Shown one piece after another: positions 38,549-48,528 of a stretch of 64,000 nucleotides of DNA. A program made the position numbers and the translations under genes. The number at the start of each line of letters is the position of its first letter. Within the stretch, counting starts at the first letter, position 1. The notes beneath the pieces were generated by a model, which ran no database searches, had not been told where the DNA came from, and worked only from the letters and a program-made list of their open reading frames with translations. The stretch covers positions 20,828 through 84,827 of the forward strand of contig CAZDRL010000002.1 in NCBI GenBank assembly GCA_964508035.1, read 5' to 3'. This stretch comes from an uncultured Desulfuromonas sp. (GTDB lineage Bacteria > Desulfobacterota > Desulfuromonadia > Desulfuromonadales > Desulfuromonadaceae).

Positions 38549-40402
38549 TCAGGATGGCTTATTTCCCTTTAATCGCCCTTTAATCGCGTTTACTGGGCAC
38601 ACCGGAATGCAGGCGCCACACCCGACGCAGCGGTCATGGTCGACTACTGCGATTCCGTTGTCGATGTCCATGCTTAGAGCGGGGCATTCAAATGCATCCA
38701 CGCACCGGCGACACCCGATGCAGGTAGCGGCGATGCTGATGGTGTAGCGCGGCTGTTGCTGCAAGACGCCAGGCTGCATCATGCAGCCATGGCGTGCGAT
38801 GAGCACCGCTACTGAGCCCGCAGGTGCGCGGGTATGTGCGTCTGCGGCACGCAGGAGTTCTTCAAAACGCTGATTATCGTAGGGATCGCAACATTCAAGA
38901 AACTCAACTCCACTGGCTTTTACCAACGGCTCAATGGGGATTGCTTTGGTCTCGGCACCGGTGGCGCTGATTCCCAAATGGGGGACCGGTTGACCGCCAG
39001 TCATAGCAGTGATGGAGTTGTCGAGGATCACCACAATGATGCGCGCTTTCTGGATCACCGCATTGATTAAGGCGGTGATGCCTGAGTGGAAAAAAGTGGA
39101 ATCGCCAATGGTGACAACCACCGTGGGGAAGTTGTCTGCGTGATCCTGGGCGTAGGCGTGGTAAAAACCCGCACCCTGGCTGATACACGCACCCATGCAG
39201 TGGACGGTATCCACCGCCTTGAGGTTGATTCCCAGGGTGTAACAGCCGATATCGGACGGGAAAATCCCCTTTGGGAACACTTTTTTGATGCTGTAGAATG
39301 CGCTTCGATGGCCACATCCCGGGCATAGGGAGGGGCGTTGCCCCCGATTTGCTTCCGGCGCAGCTGCCGGAGCGGGAAGATCGAGGAAACGGCTCAGGGC
39401 TGGGTAGAGCAGATCCGGAGTCAGTTCCCCCTCTTTGACAATATCGCCGCTGTGTTTGCCAAACGCACCGGGGTGGCACAGTTGCATCTCAATGACCGGA
39501 TATGTCTCTTCTGCCACCATAACGCGGGTGTAATCGCGCTTTAGGTGGGCAATCCACGCGGGATTGAGCGGGTAAGGCACTACCACTTGGAACAGGTCGA
39601 TGCTCCCGCTCAGATCGAGCTCTTCAAGTAGATCCACCAGGTGACTGTACACAATCCCAGATGCCACAATAGCGCTACGCGGATAGCGCCCGTCGCCATC
39701 GGTTTTGCGCGCCTGAATTGCAGCTTCGGTTGCAAAGGCTTCGAGTTTGGTGTTGAGCTTGCGGTGCAGCGCGGGGAGAAACGCCGGGGTTGCGGCCCAA
39801 CGCGCTGGATCGCGTTTGAAATCGGCGCGCCGTGCCAGAGTGGTTATCTCTTGACGCCTAATGCTTTGGCGCGAATGGCAGATGCGCGTTGCAGGACGTA
39901 GTACCGTAAGCATCTCATACTTCTCTCCCAGTTCCAGCGCCAGGGGGATAAGTTCTTTGGCTTCTGCCGGGCTCGCAGGGTCAAATACCGGTACACGCCC
40001 CTGGAGGCAGAACAGCCGGGTATCCTGCTCGTTCTGCGAACTATGTGGCCCCGGATCGTCGGCGACAATGGCGAGCATCCCCCCCTTTATCCCCAGATAG
40101 GCGGTGCGCATAAAGGGGTCTGCGGCAACATTCAGCCCCACCTGTTTCATAATCGCGGCACTGCGCTTGCCGGTATAGCTCGCCGCCAGGGCAACTTCAA
40201 ACGCAATCTTCTCGTTGACGGACCATTCCACATGCAGGGGTTCGCGTGCTTCGCTATAGCGCTCAGCTAGCGCCTGAAGGATTTCGGTAGAGGGGGTTCC
40301 GGGGTACGCGGCTACCACTTGACACCCCGCCTCAATCAGACCGCATGCCATGGCTTCGTTGCCCATTAACAGTTCAATATTGTTGTATTCGTCCATGCTC
40401 AT
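38549..40402 (-). CDS. iorA: Indolepyruvate:ferredoxin oxidoreductase subunit alpha
   Basis: 617 aa. N-terminal pyrimidine-binding domain, TPP-binding domain (GDSTFFHSG), and two C-terminal ferredoxin motifs ([26 protein letters not shown]). Confidence 0.9.
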   Translation of the reverse strand: MSMDEYNNIELLMGNEAMACGLIEAGCQVVAAYPGTPSTEILQALAERYSEAREPLHVEWSVNEKIAFEVALAASYTGKRSAAIMKQVGLNVAADPFMRTAYLGIKGGMLAIVADDPGPHSSQNEQDTRLFCLQGRVPVFDPASPAEAKELIPLALELGEKYEMLTVLRPATRICHSRQSIRRQEITTLARRADFKRDPARWAATPAFLPALHRKLNTKLEAFATEAAIQARKTDGDGRYPRSAIVASGIVYSHLVDLLEELDLSGSIDLFQVVVPYPLNPAWIAHLKRDYTRVMVAEETYPVIEMQLCHPGAFGKHSGDIVKEGELTPDLLYPALSRFLDLPAPAAAPEANRGQRPSLCPGCGHRSAFYSIKKVFPKGIFPSDIGCYTLGINLKAVDTVHCMGACISQGAGFYHAYAQDHADNFPTVVVTIGDSTFFHSGITALINAVIQKARIIVVILDNSITAMTGGQPVPHLGISATGAETKAIPIEPLVKASGVEFLECCDPYDNQRFEELLRAADAHTRAPAGSVAVLIARHGCMMQPGVLQQQPRYTISIAATCIGCRRCVDAFECPALSMDIDNGIAVVDHDRCVGCGACIPVCPVNAIKGRLKGNKPS

Positions 40403-40442
40403 CCCATTGTTGTTTTACGTAGTAGAAATTCATTTTATATAA

Positions 40443-40484
40443 AATATGGCACGCCGAATATGGCACGCCGAATATGGCACGCTG
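40443..40484. repeat. 14-bp tandem direct repeat, 2.9 copies (AATATGGCACGCCG)
   Basis: aatatggcacgccg aatatggcacgccg aatatggcacgc. It lies in the 97-bp gap between the livH stop (40500) and the iorA start (40402). An AT-rich tract lies next to it, between the repeat and the iorA start. Confidence 0.95.
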
Positions 40485-40499
40485 TGACGCGCCCGGCGC

Positions 40500-41360
40500 T
40501 CATTTCCCCAATAGCCCCTTTGGGCGCACAAACAGTATCAACAACAGAACCACAAAAGCCACGACATCTTTGTACGCGCTCGAAAGGTATCCTGCTGAGA
40601 GAGATTCAAGTAGTCCCAAAGCGACACCGCCTATAATCGCACCTGGAAAGGAGCCGAACCCGCCAAGGATGGCGGCGGCAAACCCTTTGAGCCCCAGAAG
40701 AACACCAACATCGTAGCTTAAAGTGGTGATAGGGGTGACCAACACTCCGGCCAGCCCACCCAGAGCGCCGGCGATGGCAAAGCTCATTAGCCGAATGCGT
40801 TCTGGCGCAATCCCTACTACTGCAGCGGCGGTAGGATTGGAGGCCGCTGCGCGCATTGCGAGCCCCATAGGGGTGTGATGGAAGAACCAGTGCAGGAGCG
40901 TAATTACCCCCAGCGTAAGTCCTAAGATCCAGACAGCCTGGGGTAAAATAGTGGCACCAAACAGATTGACAGGGGTTTCACCTCTTAAAGGGGGAACCGC
41001 CATCCGGTTGGTACCCCATATAAATTTCATCCCACCGCGCAGGATGATGGATATTCCAATGGTGAGGAAGATCAGCACCAACTCGTTGTGTGAACGCGCA
41101 GGGCGCAGACCAAAACGTTCCACCAGCATGGCAATCAGTGCCACTCCGGTCACAGCTAGAACTACTCCGGGCAACGTCGGGATCCCGAAGGTGACCAGAG
41201 CAGTAAACATGAGCATACCGCCGAGGGAGACAAAGTCGACCTGGGTGAAGTTGACAATCCCCATGGCGTTATGCACTACGCTGAAGCCGAGAGCTATAAG
41301 GGCGTAGATCGCGCCATTGGTAAGGCCTGCGAGGGCGAATTGTAGAAGATCCTGCGCCAT
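40500..41360 (-). CDS. livH: Branched-chain-type ABC transporter permease LivH
   Basis: 286 aa from the Met in MAQDLLQFALAGLTNGAIYALIALGF..., a typical LivH N-terminus. The ORF-track start at 41492 adds 44 unlikely residues. Confidence 0.85.
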   Translation of the reverse strand: MAQDLLQFALAGLTNGAIYALIALGFSVVHNAMGIVNFTQVDFVSLGGMLMFTALVTFGIPTLPGVVLAVTGVALIAMLVERFGLRPARSHNELVLIFLTIGISIILRGGMKFIWGTNRMAVPPLRGETPVNLFGATILPQAVWILGLTLGVITLLHWFFHHTPMGLAMRAAASNPTAAAVVGIAPERIRLMSFAIAGALGGLAGVLVTPITTLSYDVGVLLGLKGFAAAILGGFGSFPGAIIGGVALGLLESLSAGYLSSAYKDVVAFVVLLLILFVRPKGLLGK

Positions 41361-41701
41361 ACGGTTCGCTGTCTGAGGGTAGTTGTCTGAAGTTGAAGTA
41401 GCGTATACACCAAGAGAGTAAACAGGGAAAATAAAACACTTGTTTACATCTGTGCAGAAAAAGGTTGCGCCAGAGTATGTCAGACGTGCCAAAAGGTCAA
41501 GAAACGGGGTTGACTAAAATGCCTATTGGCTTCAGAAACAGTGGGATCAACAGGTGGGTGTCTGGGGGGATATCCAGGCACGCGCTACTCAGCATGTACC
41601 CAGTTTTTTCTTAAATTGTGGTTAAAGTTGGTAATTGCTATATTATGAGCGTTGACTTTGAGGGTTGGTGCCAGATGTTAATTTTACCTGTGTAATGGAG
41701 A

Positions 41702-42451
41702 GTGTGCGTGGCAGAGATTGTGATCGATTCACTGTATAAAAAATACAAGCCGGGTCTATTTAAAAAGCCGGTACAGGCGGTGAGTGGGCTGAGCTTGAAG
41801 GTTCCGACGGGAACTGTATACGGTCTAGTTGGCCCTAACGGGGCGGGGAAAAGCACCGCTATCCGCATGTTGCTAAATCTCATCCGCCCCGATAGCGGTG
41901 AGGTTCGCATTGATGCGCAGCCGATTACAGAGGGAGAATTTCTACAGCAGATTGGCTATCTGCCGGAAAATCCTTATCTGTATGAGCATTTGAGTCTGCG
42001 CGAGCTGCTCCGTTTTGCAGGGCACGCATGTGGAATGCCTGCAGAAAAGATCGAAACCCGGATAGACACCTTAACCCGCGAGACTGGGATTGCCCATGCG
42101 CTGAAGCGGCGTCTTCGCACCTTTTCCAAGGGAATGCGGCAGCGCGCTGGCTTGTGTTTTGCTCTGTTGCACGATCCACAACTGGTGATTCTGGATGAAC
42201 CCATGAGTGGGCTGGATCCACTCGGGCGGAAGATGGTGTGCGAATTGATTCTGGAGCTGAAGCAGCAGGGGAAAACGGTATTTTTTTGCTCGCATATCCT
42301 AAGTGATACCGAGCGCCTGTGCGATAGGATTGCAATTCTGCACCAAGGGTCTCTAGTGCGAGAATTTGAAGCTGATGACCTGCGCGCTTTTCGGAACAAG
42401 GAGCGCAGCCTTGAAGCTGAATTTGTTGCCGCAGTGGGAGGTGAAAGTTGA
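41702..42451 (+). CDS. ABC transporter ATP-binding protein (ABC-2 exporter type)
   Basis: 249 aa. GPNGAGKST, FSKGMRQR, VILDEPMSGLD. The start is GTG 41702 or GTG 41708; GGAGAG at 41696-41701 favours the latter. Confidence 0.9.
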   Translation: MCVAEIVIDSLYKKYKPGLFKKPVQAVSGLSLKVPTGTVYGLVGPNGAGKSTAIRMLLNLIRPDSGEVRIDAQPITEGEFLQQIGYLPENPYLYEHLSLRELLRFAGHACGMPAEKIETRIDTLTRETGIAHALKRRLRTFSKGMRQRAGLCFALLHDPQLVILDEPMSGLDPLGRKMVCELILELKQQGKTVFFCSHILSDTERLCDRIAILHQGSLVREFEADDLRAFRNKERSLEAEFVAAVGGES

Positions 42452-43269
42452 TGCTGAAGCGGGTAGGTGCACTGGCGCTGGTAACGTGCAAGGAGGGGAT
42501 TCGTGATCGCTCCCTGTTCGGGATACTCCTCTTCGCCCTGTTTGTGCTGGGGCTCAATGTGGCGGTGGCCGGATTTTTCATGCGCGATCTGGGCAAGGTA
42601 ACGGTGGATATGAATCTGGCGGCACTCTCGTTTGCAGGGCTGTTGCTGGTGTTTTTTATTGGTATAAATTTAATGGCGAAAGATATCGACAAAAAAACCA
42701 TTCATCTGGTGCTGTCGAAACCATTTTCACGTGGAGAGTATATCTGCGGCAAGTATCTGGGGCTGGTATTTCTGGTGGTGTGCACGCTGGCTTTGTTACT
42801 GGTGTTTTCCACCGCAACGGTAGCAGGGGTCCATGCCATGTATCCGGCATATTTCGGCGGCTTTACCTGGAGTGTGTACTTCTGGGCCGTGGCTTTTGTG
42901 ACCCTGCAATTGACGCTGCTGTGCGCCATAGTGGTGTTTTTCAGTGCGATTACGACTTCATCCTTTATCACCCTGATTTTCTCTGTTGCCACTTACATGG
43001 TGGGGATCAGTATTGAAGAGGTGTTGTTTTATCTGAAGACTCAGGCGGCTGCAGGGGAGGTGGTGGCGTCGGAAGCCTTGCGCACGGTTCTGGAGGTGGT
43101 AGCGTGGTTAGTGCCCAATTTTTCTGCCTTTGATCTGAAGACCGAAGCGGCACACGGCCTCGCGCTGGAGCCGGTGCGGTTGCTTACCAGTGTAGGGTAT
43201 GGCCTGGGGTATATCCTGATCTTACTCTGGCTTGCCACTCTGATCTTCCGGCGGCGGGAGTTTAACTGA
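42451..43269 (+). CDS. ABC-2 family transporter permease
   Basis: 272 aa with six predicted hydrophobic segments. ATG 42451 overlaps the ATPase stop by 1 nt. Confidence 0.8.
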   Translation: MLKRVGALALVTCKEGIRDRSLFGILLFALFVLGLNVAVAGFFMRDLGKVTVDMNLAALSFAGLLLVFFIGINLMAKDIDKKTIHLVLSKPFSRGEYICGKYLGLVFLVVCTLALLLVFSTATVAGVHAMYPAYFGGFTWSVYFWAVAFVTLQLTLLCAIVVFFSAITTSSFITLIFSVATYMVGISIEEVLFYLKTQAAAGEVVASEALRTVLEVVAWLVPNFSAFDLKTEAAHGLALEPVRLLTSVGYGLGYILILLWLATLIFRRREFN

Positions 43270-44135
43270 TGTGCTGGCGTCGATTTGGCATAAATGTGTT
43301 GCTGTTACTGGTGCTGGTGCCGCTGTATCTGCTGCTACATAGCGCGAGCTGGGAACAGCGCGCTGAAGTGCGCCGTAGTGCCTTGCCTGGCTATACCATG
43401 CCAGCTGCGTTTAGTCGCGTCCTGGCGCTGGGTTATCAGGGCCTGTTGAGCGACTACGAATTTCTGCGTGCTCTCACCTTCTACGGCGATCGGTCTGTAA
43501 AGCAAGAGCGCATGAGTGCAGATGACTGGGACTTTTTCGCTTATAGCCTCGATGTGGTGACCGATCTGGACCCCTATTTTCTCGATCCCTATGTGCTGGG
43601 CGAAGGGTTGCTGACCTGGGACGCCCAGCGTTTTGAAGAGGCTAACGCCCTGCTGATCAAGGGGATGGCATACCGCGACTGGGATTGGCAACTTCCGTAC
43701 TTTGTAGGGTTCAATCACTTCTATTTTCTCAATGACTATGCCAGCGGAAGTGAATATATGATGCAGGCTGCGGAGATCCCCGGGAGTCCGGCGTTTTTAA
43801 AAACCCTCGCCGCACGCTTAGCGTATTACGGCGGCAAATCCCAGACGGCACTGCTGTTCCTGCAGCAAATGTTGGCACAATCCAACAGCGATCACTTGAA
43901 GAGGCGCATGCAAAAACGTTTGCTTGCACTTGAGCGTGCAGTGCAGATCGAAGAGGCACTGCAGCGCTACCGCAGCGAGTTTGAGTCCGATCCGGCAGCG
44001 TTGGAAGTGTTGGTGCACCACGGCTATCTGCAGGAACTTCCCTCTGATCCCTATGGAGGGGAGTGGAGAATTTTATCCAACGGGCGGGTCTACAGTACGA
44101 GCAAGTTTGTGGACCCTAGGTCTGCCGCAGACTAA
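43269..44135 (+). CDS. Membrane-anchored helical-repeat protein of unknown function, translationally coupled to the ABC-2 permease
   Basis: 288 aa. One N-terminal TM segment, then an alpha-helical W/Y/F-rich region. The start overlaps the permease stop by 1 nt. Confidence 0.5.
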   Translation: MCWRRFGINVLLLLVLVPLYLLLHSASWEQRAEVRRSALPGYTMPAAFSRVLALGYQGLLSDYEFLRALTFYGDRSVKQERMSADDWDFFAYSLDVVTDLDPYFLDPYVLGEGLLTWDAQRFEEANALLIKGMAYRDWDWQLPYFVGFNHFYFLNDYASGSEYMMQAAEIPGSPAFLKTLAARLAYYGGKSQTALLFLQQMLAQSNSDHLKRRMQKRLLALERAVQIEEALQRYRSEFESDPAALEVLVHHGYLQELPSDPYGGEWRILSNGRVYSTSKFVDPRSAAD

Positions 44136-44247
44136 ATCTTGGTTGTGTAGATATACGGCAAAGAACTTGCGCCATTTTTTCCATGGGAACCATAAGCCAT
44201 GGCCGACCATTACATCTGACTAACTACGCTTTGTTAGAGGAGAATTG

Positions 44248-45720
44248 ATGCTCATCCCTGTGGTTTTATGTGGCGGTTCCGGCACACGTTTGTGGCCGGT
44301 ATCGCGTCAAATGTACCCCAAGCAGTTTTTACCCCTGATCTCTGAACACACCATGTTGCAGGAGACCCTGATCCGCCTTGAGGGGTTGAGCGTGGCGCCA
44401 CCGAGTGTGATCTGCAACGAAGAACACCGTTTTTTAGTGGCAGAGCAGCTGCGCGCCTTAGGGCTTGATGACGCTACTATTGTGCTGGAGCCGGAGGGGC
44501 GTAACACTGCGCCGGCTGTAGCTCTGGCGGCGTTGCAGTGTCTGGAGCGGACACGCCATCTCGAATGCAACAGTGCAGATGCAAGCTTGTTGCAGGACGA
44601 TGATCCGCTGATGTTGGTGTTACCTGCAGACCACTACATTGCGGATGCCTCAGCATTTCAGACTGCCATTATGCAGGCACTGCCTGCCGCTAAAGCGGGG
44701 AAACTGGTGACATTCGGCATCACTCCACATCGCCCCGAAACTGGCTACGGCTATATCGAGCAGGGTGAGGTGCTGCGCGGGGAGGATTATGCCGAGGGTG
44801 AGGTGTTTTGCATCAAAGGGTTCAGCGAGAAGCCTACGGTGGAAGTGGCGCAGCGTTTCATAGCGCAGGGCTCCCATCTGTGGAATGCGGGTATCTTCAT
44901 GTTTCGCGCTGGAGTTTTTCTTGCCGAGTTGCGCAAACTAGCACCGGAGATCCTGTCTTGGTGCGAACAGGCAATGGCAGGAGCAGAACGTGATCTTGAT
45001 TTTATCCGCCCCAATGCAGTACTGTTCAGCGCCAATCCTTCGATCTCTATAGATCATGCGATAATGGAGCATACCGCACTCGGGGCAGTAGTACCTTTGA
45101 GTGCGGGTTGGAGTGATATCGGTTCTTGGTCTGCGCTGGGGGAGCTGGGCCCTGCAGATGCGGCGGGGAATGTGAGCAGCGGCGATGTGATTGCGATAGA
45201 CACACATAACTCCATGCTGCGTTCTGAAGGGCGCCTGATAGCTGCAGTGGGGCTTGAGGATATGATTGTGGTAGAAACTGCGGATGCCGTTTTGGTGGCG
45301 CAGCGCGACCAGGTGCAAAAAGTGCGTGAAATTGTAGCACACCTGGAAAAGCAGGGGCGCGGTGAGTCCAAACAGCACCGTCGCGTTTACCGCCCGTGGG
45401 GGTATTACGATTGCATGGGCCAGGGGCAACGTTATCAGGTTAAGCACATTGCCCTGAAACCCGGAGCAAGCATCTCTTTGCAGCAGCATCATCATCGTGC
45501 CGAGCACTGGGTGGTAGTTTCCGGGACTGCAAAGGTTACCCGTGGAGATAGTGTAAGCATGATAACAGAAAATCAATCCACCTATATCCCGGTAGGGGAG
45601 ATCCACCGGCTGGAAAATCCAGGACTGATAACACTGGAACTTATAGAGGTGCAATCAGGCAGCTATCTGGGTGAAGATGATATTGTTCGCCTGCAGGATG
45701 ACTACAACCGCAAAACATAG
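44248..45720 (+). CDS. manC: Mannose-1-phosphate guanylyltransferase / mannose-6-phosphate isomerase (type II PMI-GMP)
   Basis: 490 aa. N-terminal LCGGSGTRLWP and a C-terminal cupin (QQHHHRAEHWVVVSGTA...IHRLEN). Confidence 0.9.
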   Translation: MLIPVVLCGGSGTRLWPVSRQMYPKQFLPLISEHTMLQETLIRLEGLSVAPPSVICNEEHRFLVAEQLRALGLDDATIVLEPEGRNTAPAVALAALQCLERTRHLECNSADASLLQDDDPLMLVLPADHYIADASAFQTAIMQALPAAKAGKLVTFGITPHRPETGYGYIEQGEVLRGEDYAEGEVFCIKGFSEKPTVEVAQRFIAQGSHLWNAGIFMFRAGVFLAELRKLAPEILSWCEQAMAGAERDLDFIRPNAVLFSANPSISIDHAIMEHTALGAVVPLSAGWSDIGSWSALGELGPADAAGNVSSGDVIAIDTHNSMLRSEGRLIAAVGLEDMIVVETADAVLVAQRDQVQKVREIVAHLEKQGRGESKQHRRVYRPWGYYDCMGQGQRYQVKHIALKPGASISLQQHHHRAEHWVVVSGTAKVTRGDSVSMITENQSTYIPVGEIHRLENPGLITLELIEVQSGSYLGEDDIVRLQDDYNRKT

Positions 45721-45744
45721 GCTGTGTACTAGGCTACATCGCGC

Positions 45745-45774
45745 TTGACGCTAGGAGCATTGTTCAGGTATAAG
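45745..45774 (+). promoter_or_regulatory. Candidate sigma70 promoter for pta
   Basis: TTGACG (45745-45750), 18-nt spacer, TATAAG (45769-45774). Confidence 0.3.
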
Positions 45775-45822
45775 ACCTGTATACAAGGGCAAATCAAACC
45801 ATGTTCTATATGAGGAGAAGCC

Positions 45823-46824
45823 ATGCACCTAGTTGATCAAATCAAAAATAAAGCGCGTGCAAGTAAACAGACCGTTGTTTTGCCAGAAGGGTACGATGAC
45901 CGTATGCTGGAAGCGGCGGGAAAAATTATCGCCGATGGTCTCGCCGATATTATTCTGCTGGGCAAGACAGATACACTACAGGCTAGAGCTGCTAAATTAG
46001 GGGTAAGCCTTGAAGGGGTGACCCTGCTTGACCCCGCACAGGATAAGAACCTCAATGCTTATGTGGATGAACTGGTAAGGCTGCGTGAGAAAAAGGGGCT
46101 TACTGCAGATGAAGCGCGTACACTGCTCACTGCGGAGGACAACCTGTTTTTTGCCTCGATGATGGTGCATAAAGGGGATGCGGGTGGTGCCGTCGCCGGG
46201 GCGTCCAACACCACTGGGGATGTGCTGCGTGCTGCATTTCAGGTGATTGGCACTGCCGCAGGGATGCAGACGGTTTCCTCAGTGTTTTTGATGGTGACTA
46301 AGAATGCTGCCTTTGGCGAGAACGGCATTTTGCTGTTTGCTGACTGTGCGGTCAACCCCAATCCCGACGCGCAGGCGCTGGCAGAGATTGCCATCGCCAC
46401 CGCAGGGAGTTGCCGAAGCTTTCTCGGCGTAGAGCCCAAGGTCGGAATGCTTTCGTTCTCCACTAAGGGGAGTGCGAAACACCCTGATGCTGACAAGGTG
46501 CTTGAAGCTCTGAGTATTGCACAGAAACTTCAACCCGAACTGCAGGTTGACGGTGAACTTCAAGCCGATGCGGCGCTGTTGCCCACTGTTGGAGTCAAGA
46601 AAGCACCGGAGTCGAAGGTCGCAGGGCAGGCTAATACCCTGATATTCCCAGATCTCGATGCGGGAAATATTGCGTACAAGTTGGTTGAGCGCGTCGCTGG
46701 TGCTGAAGCTGTTGGTCCCATCATCCAGGGGCTGGCTAAGCCGGTAAACGATCTGTCACGTGGGTGCAGTGTTGATGACATCATCAGTGTTGCTGCTATT
46801 ACTGCGGTGCAGGCACAGGGATAA
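45823..46824 (+). CDS. pta: Phosphate acetyltransferase
   Basis: 333 aa PTA_PTB family ([15 protein letters not shown]..., ..[10 protein letters not shown].., ..[11 protein letters not shown]..). Confidence 0.9.
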   Translation: MHLVDQIKNKARASKQTVVLPEGYDDRMLEAAGKIIADGLADIILLGKTDTLQARAAKLGVSLEGVTLLDPAQDKNLNAYVDELVRLREKKGLTADEARTLLTAEDNLFFASMMVHKGDAGGAVAGASNTTGDVLRAAFQVIGTAAGMQTVSSVFLMVTKNAAFGENGILLFADCAVNPNPDAQALAEIAIATAGSCRSFLGVEPKVGMLSFSTKGSAKHPDADKVLEALSIAQKLQPELQVDGELQADAALLPTVGVKKAPESKVAGQANTLIFPDLDAGNIAYKLVERVAGAEAVGPIIQGLAKPVNDLSRGCSVDDIISVAAITAVQAQG

Positions 46825-46842
46825 ACTCAACCCTTAGCACCA

Positions 46843-46893
46843 AAAACCAAAAGCCCCGATACTCAAGCAATGAGTATCGGGGCTTTTGGTTTT
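46843..46893. terminator. Bidirectional rho-independent terminator shared by convergent pta and ackA
   Basis: A 23-bp perfect stem aaaaccaaaagccccgatactca / tgagtatcggggcttttggtttt with loop agcaa. A/T runs sit at both ends. Confidence 0.85.
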
Positions 46894-46925
46894 CTACCTC
46901 TGTTTTCAGAACTTAATGCTGGTAT

Positions 46926-48188
46926 TTATGGTTTGTAGTCGGGATCGGTAAACGAGTACTGGAACTCCAGATGATTGGTGTAGGTTTCGTTCATGATAGC
47001 TACTACATCTTCAACAAATACCAGTTCTTCGTTGGTCGGGATTACAAATACCTTCACTGTTGAGTCTGGGGTGGTTATTTCAGTTTCCCCGTCCTTGCTG
47101 AAGGTTTTAAGATTTTTCTCGCGGTCGAGCTCAATACCTAAAAATTCCAGCCCTTCGAGAGCTTTTTCTCTGATGATACCGGCATTTTCTCCTACGCCGG
47201 CAGTGAAGACAATTGCGTCAAGCCCGCCCAGTGCCGCAGCGTAAGCGCCAATGTATTTTTTAATGCGATACGATTCTATGTCCAGCGCAAGTTGGCAGCG
47301 GTAGTCCCCTTTTTCTGCATTTTTAATAACATCGCGGCGGTCAGTGTAACGTCCGGTGACACCAAGGATGCCAGATTTCTGGTTAAGCAGAGAGTCCATC
47401 TCAAGGGGGTTGAGCCCCTGATTGTCCATGATAAATGGGGGGATTGCAGGATCAATGTCTCCGCACCTGGTGCCCATCATCGCCCCTTCAAGGGGGGTAA
47501 GACCCATAGAGGTGTCTATCGAAGCGCCGTTCTTAATTGCGCTGTGTGACACACCGTTACCGATGTGGAGAGTGATGATTTTACTTTCGGTCAGCGGTTT
47601 CCCCATTTTTATCGCCGCACGCTTGGATACGTACAGATGGCTGGTGCCGTGGAAGCCGTAACGCCGTACGCCGTAATCCTGGTACCACTGGTAGGGGAGA
47701 GGATAGGTATAGGCGTAGTCGGGCATGGTCTGATGGAACGCGGTGTCAAAAATGGCGATGTGGGGCACATCGGGAAGTACAGATTGTGCTGCTTTAATTC
47801 CAGAAATGTTGGGTGGATTGTGCAGAGGCGCGAGATCCTGCACGCTCTTGATTGCATCGAGGACATCTTTGTCGATGGCGACTGAGCGGGTAAATTTTTC
47901 TCCCCCGTGCACCACGCGGTGGCCTACGGCAGAGATTTCATCCATACTTTTCACTACTCCATGCTCAGGGTGCATCAGGGTAGAGATAATCAAGTTTATT
48001 GCGGTTCTGTGATCTGGACATTCGTATTCTTCTTTGTATGTCTTTTTGCCGGGCACTTCATGGGATATGAACGAGTTACCGATGGTCACGCGTTCCACCA
48101 TCCCCTTCGCAATAACGCAGCGCTCATCCCAGTTGAAAAGCTGGTATTTTACGGACGAACTGCCGCAGTTTAAGGCCAGTATCTCCAT
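46926..48188 (-). CDS. ackA: Acetate kinase
   Basis: 420 aa from the Met in MEILALNCGSSSVKYQLF, with AAGGAG upstream. Also GHRVVHGG, FHGTSH and a ~20-aa C-terminal extension. The ORF-track start at 48305 is an upstream artefact. Confidence 0.9.
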   Translation of the reverse strand: MEILALNCGSSSVKYQLFNWDERCVIAKGMVERVTIGNSFISHEVPGKKTYKEEYECPDHRTAINLIISTLMHPEHGVVKSMDEISAVGHRVVHGGEKFTRSVAIDKDVLDAIKSVQDLAPLHNPPNISGIKAAQSVLPDVPHIAIFDTAFHQTMPDYAYTYPLPYQWYQDYGVRRYGFHGTSHLYVSKRAAIKMGKPLTESKIITLHIGNGVSHSAIKNGASIDTSMGLTPLEGAMMGTRCGDIDPAIPPFIMDNQGLNPLEMDSLLNQKSGILGVTGRYTDRRDVIKNAEKGDYRCQLALDIESYRIKKYIGAYAAALGGLDAIVFTAGVGENAGIIREKALEGLEFLGIELDREKNLKTFSKDGETEITTPDSTVKVFVIPTNEELVFVEDVVAIMNETYTNHLEFQYSFTDPDYKP

Positions 48189-48492
48189 AGCCAGTACTCC
48201 TTCTTGAGAAAGAAAAAAGTAGAAAGAAAATAGTGTTTTAAAAGTAACACTATTTCTGCTCATATCGTTAACTATTTGTTTTAAGAAGAAAAAATAGAAT
48301 TTCAACCACAGAGAATAGCCAAAGAAGACTCGATGTGCAAGTTTTTTGTTTGCTTTTAGTATGGCTAAACAATCAGTGTGTTATTTGGTTCTGGAGTTAA
48401 TACCGGTAAAAAACAGCTGGTTGGCTAAGGGGCGTGTAGCTATACGGCAGGGATATGCTTATATGTAAAGTAAAGAGGAAACAGAAAGGGGG

Positions 48493-48524
48493 GAGGGCGT
48501 AGCTTGATTTTAGACTACGCCCTC
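48493..48524 (-). terminator. Hairpin immediately downstream of the zinc-ribbon gene stop
   Basis: gagggcgtag-(12 nt)-ctacgccctc gives a 10-bp stem. Only a weak pyrimidine-rich tract follows on the minus strand. Confidence 0.4.
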
Positions 48525-48528
48525 TGAA

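Noticed and set aside
40443-40484. The TGGCACG x3 repeat read as sigma54 promoters, or the repeat as a mini-CRISPR.
   Set aside because: No GC dinucleotide lies at the -12 spacing (TGGCACG-N4-TTGC) in any copy, and the orientation is opposite to the flanking genes. The units are contiguous without spacers and only 14 bp long, so it is not a CRISPR.
46926-48188. The lower GC of ackA (about 45-52% in spot counts) versus neighbouring pta (~58%), as a sign of horizontal acquisition.
   Set aside because: The figures come from a few hand-counted 60-nt samples. The mscK-like gene is similarly lower. No flanking mobile-element signatures are present, so the evidence is too weak to report.
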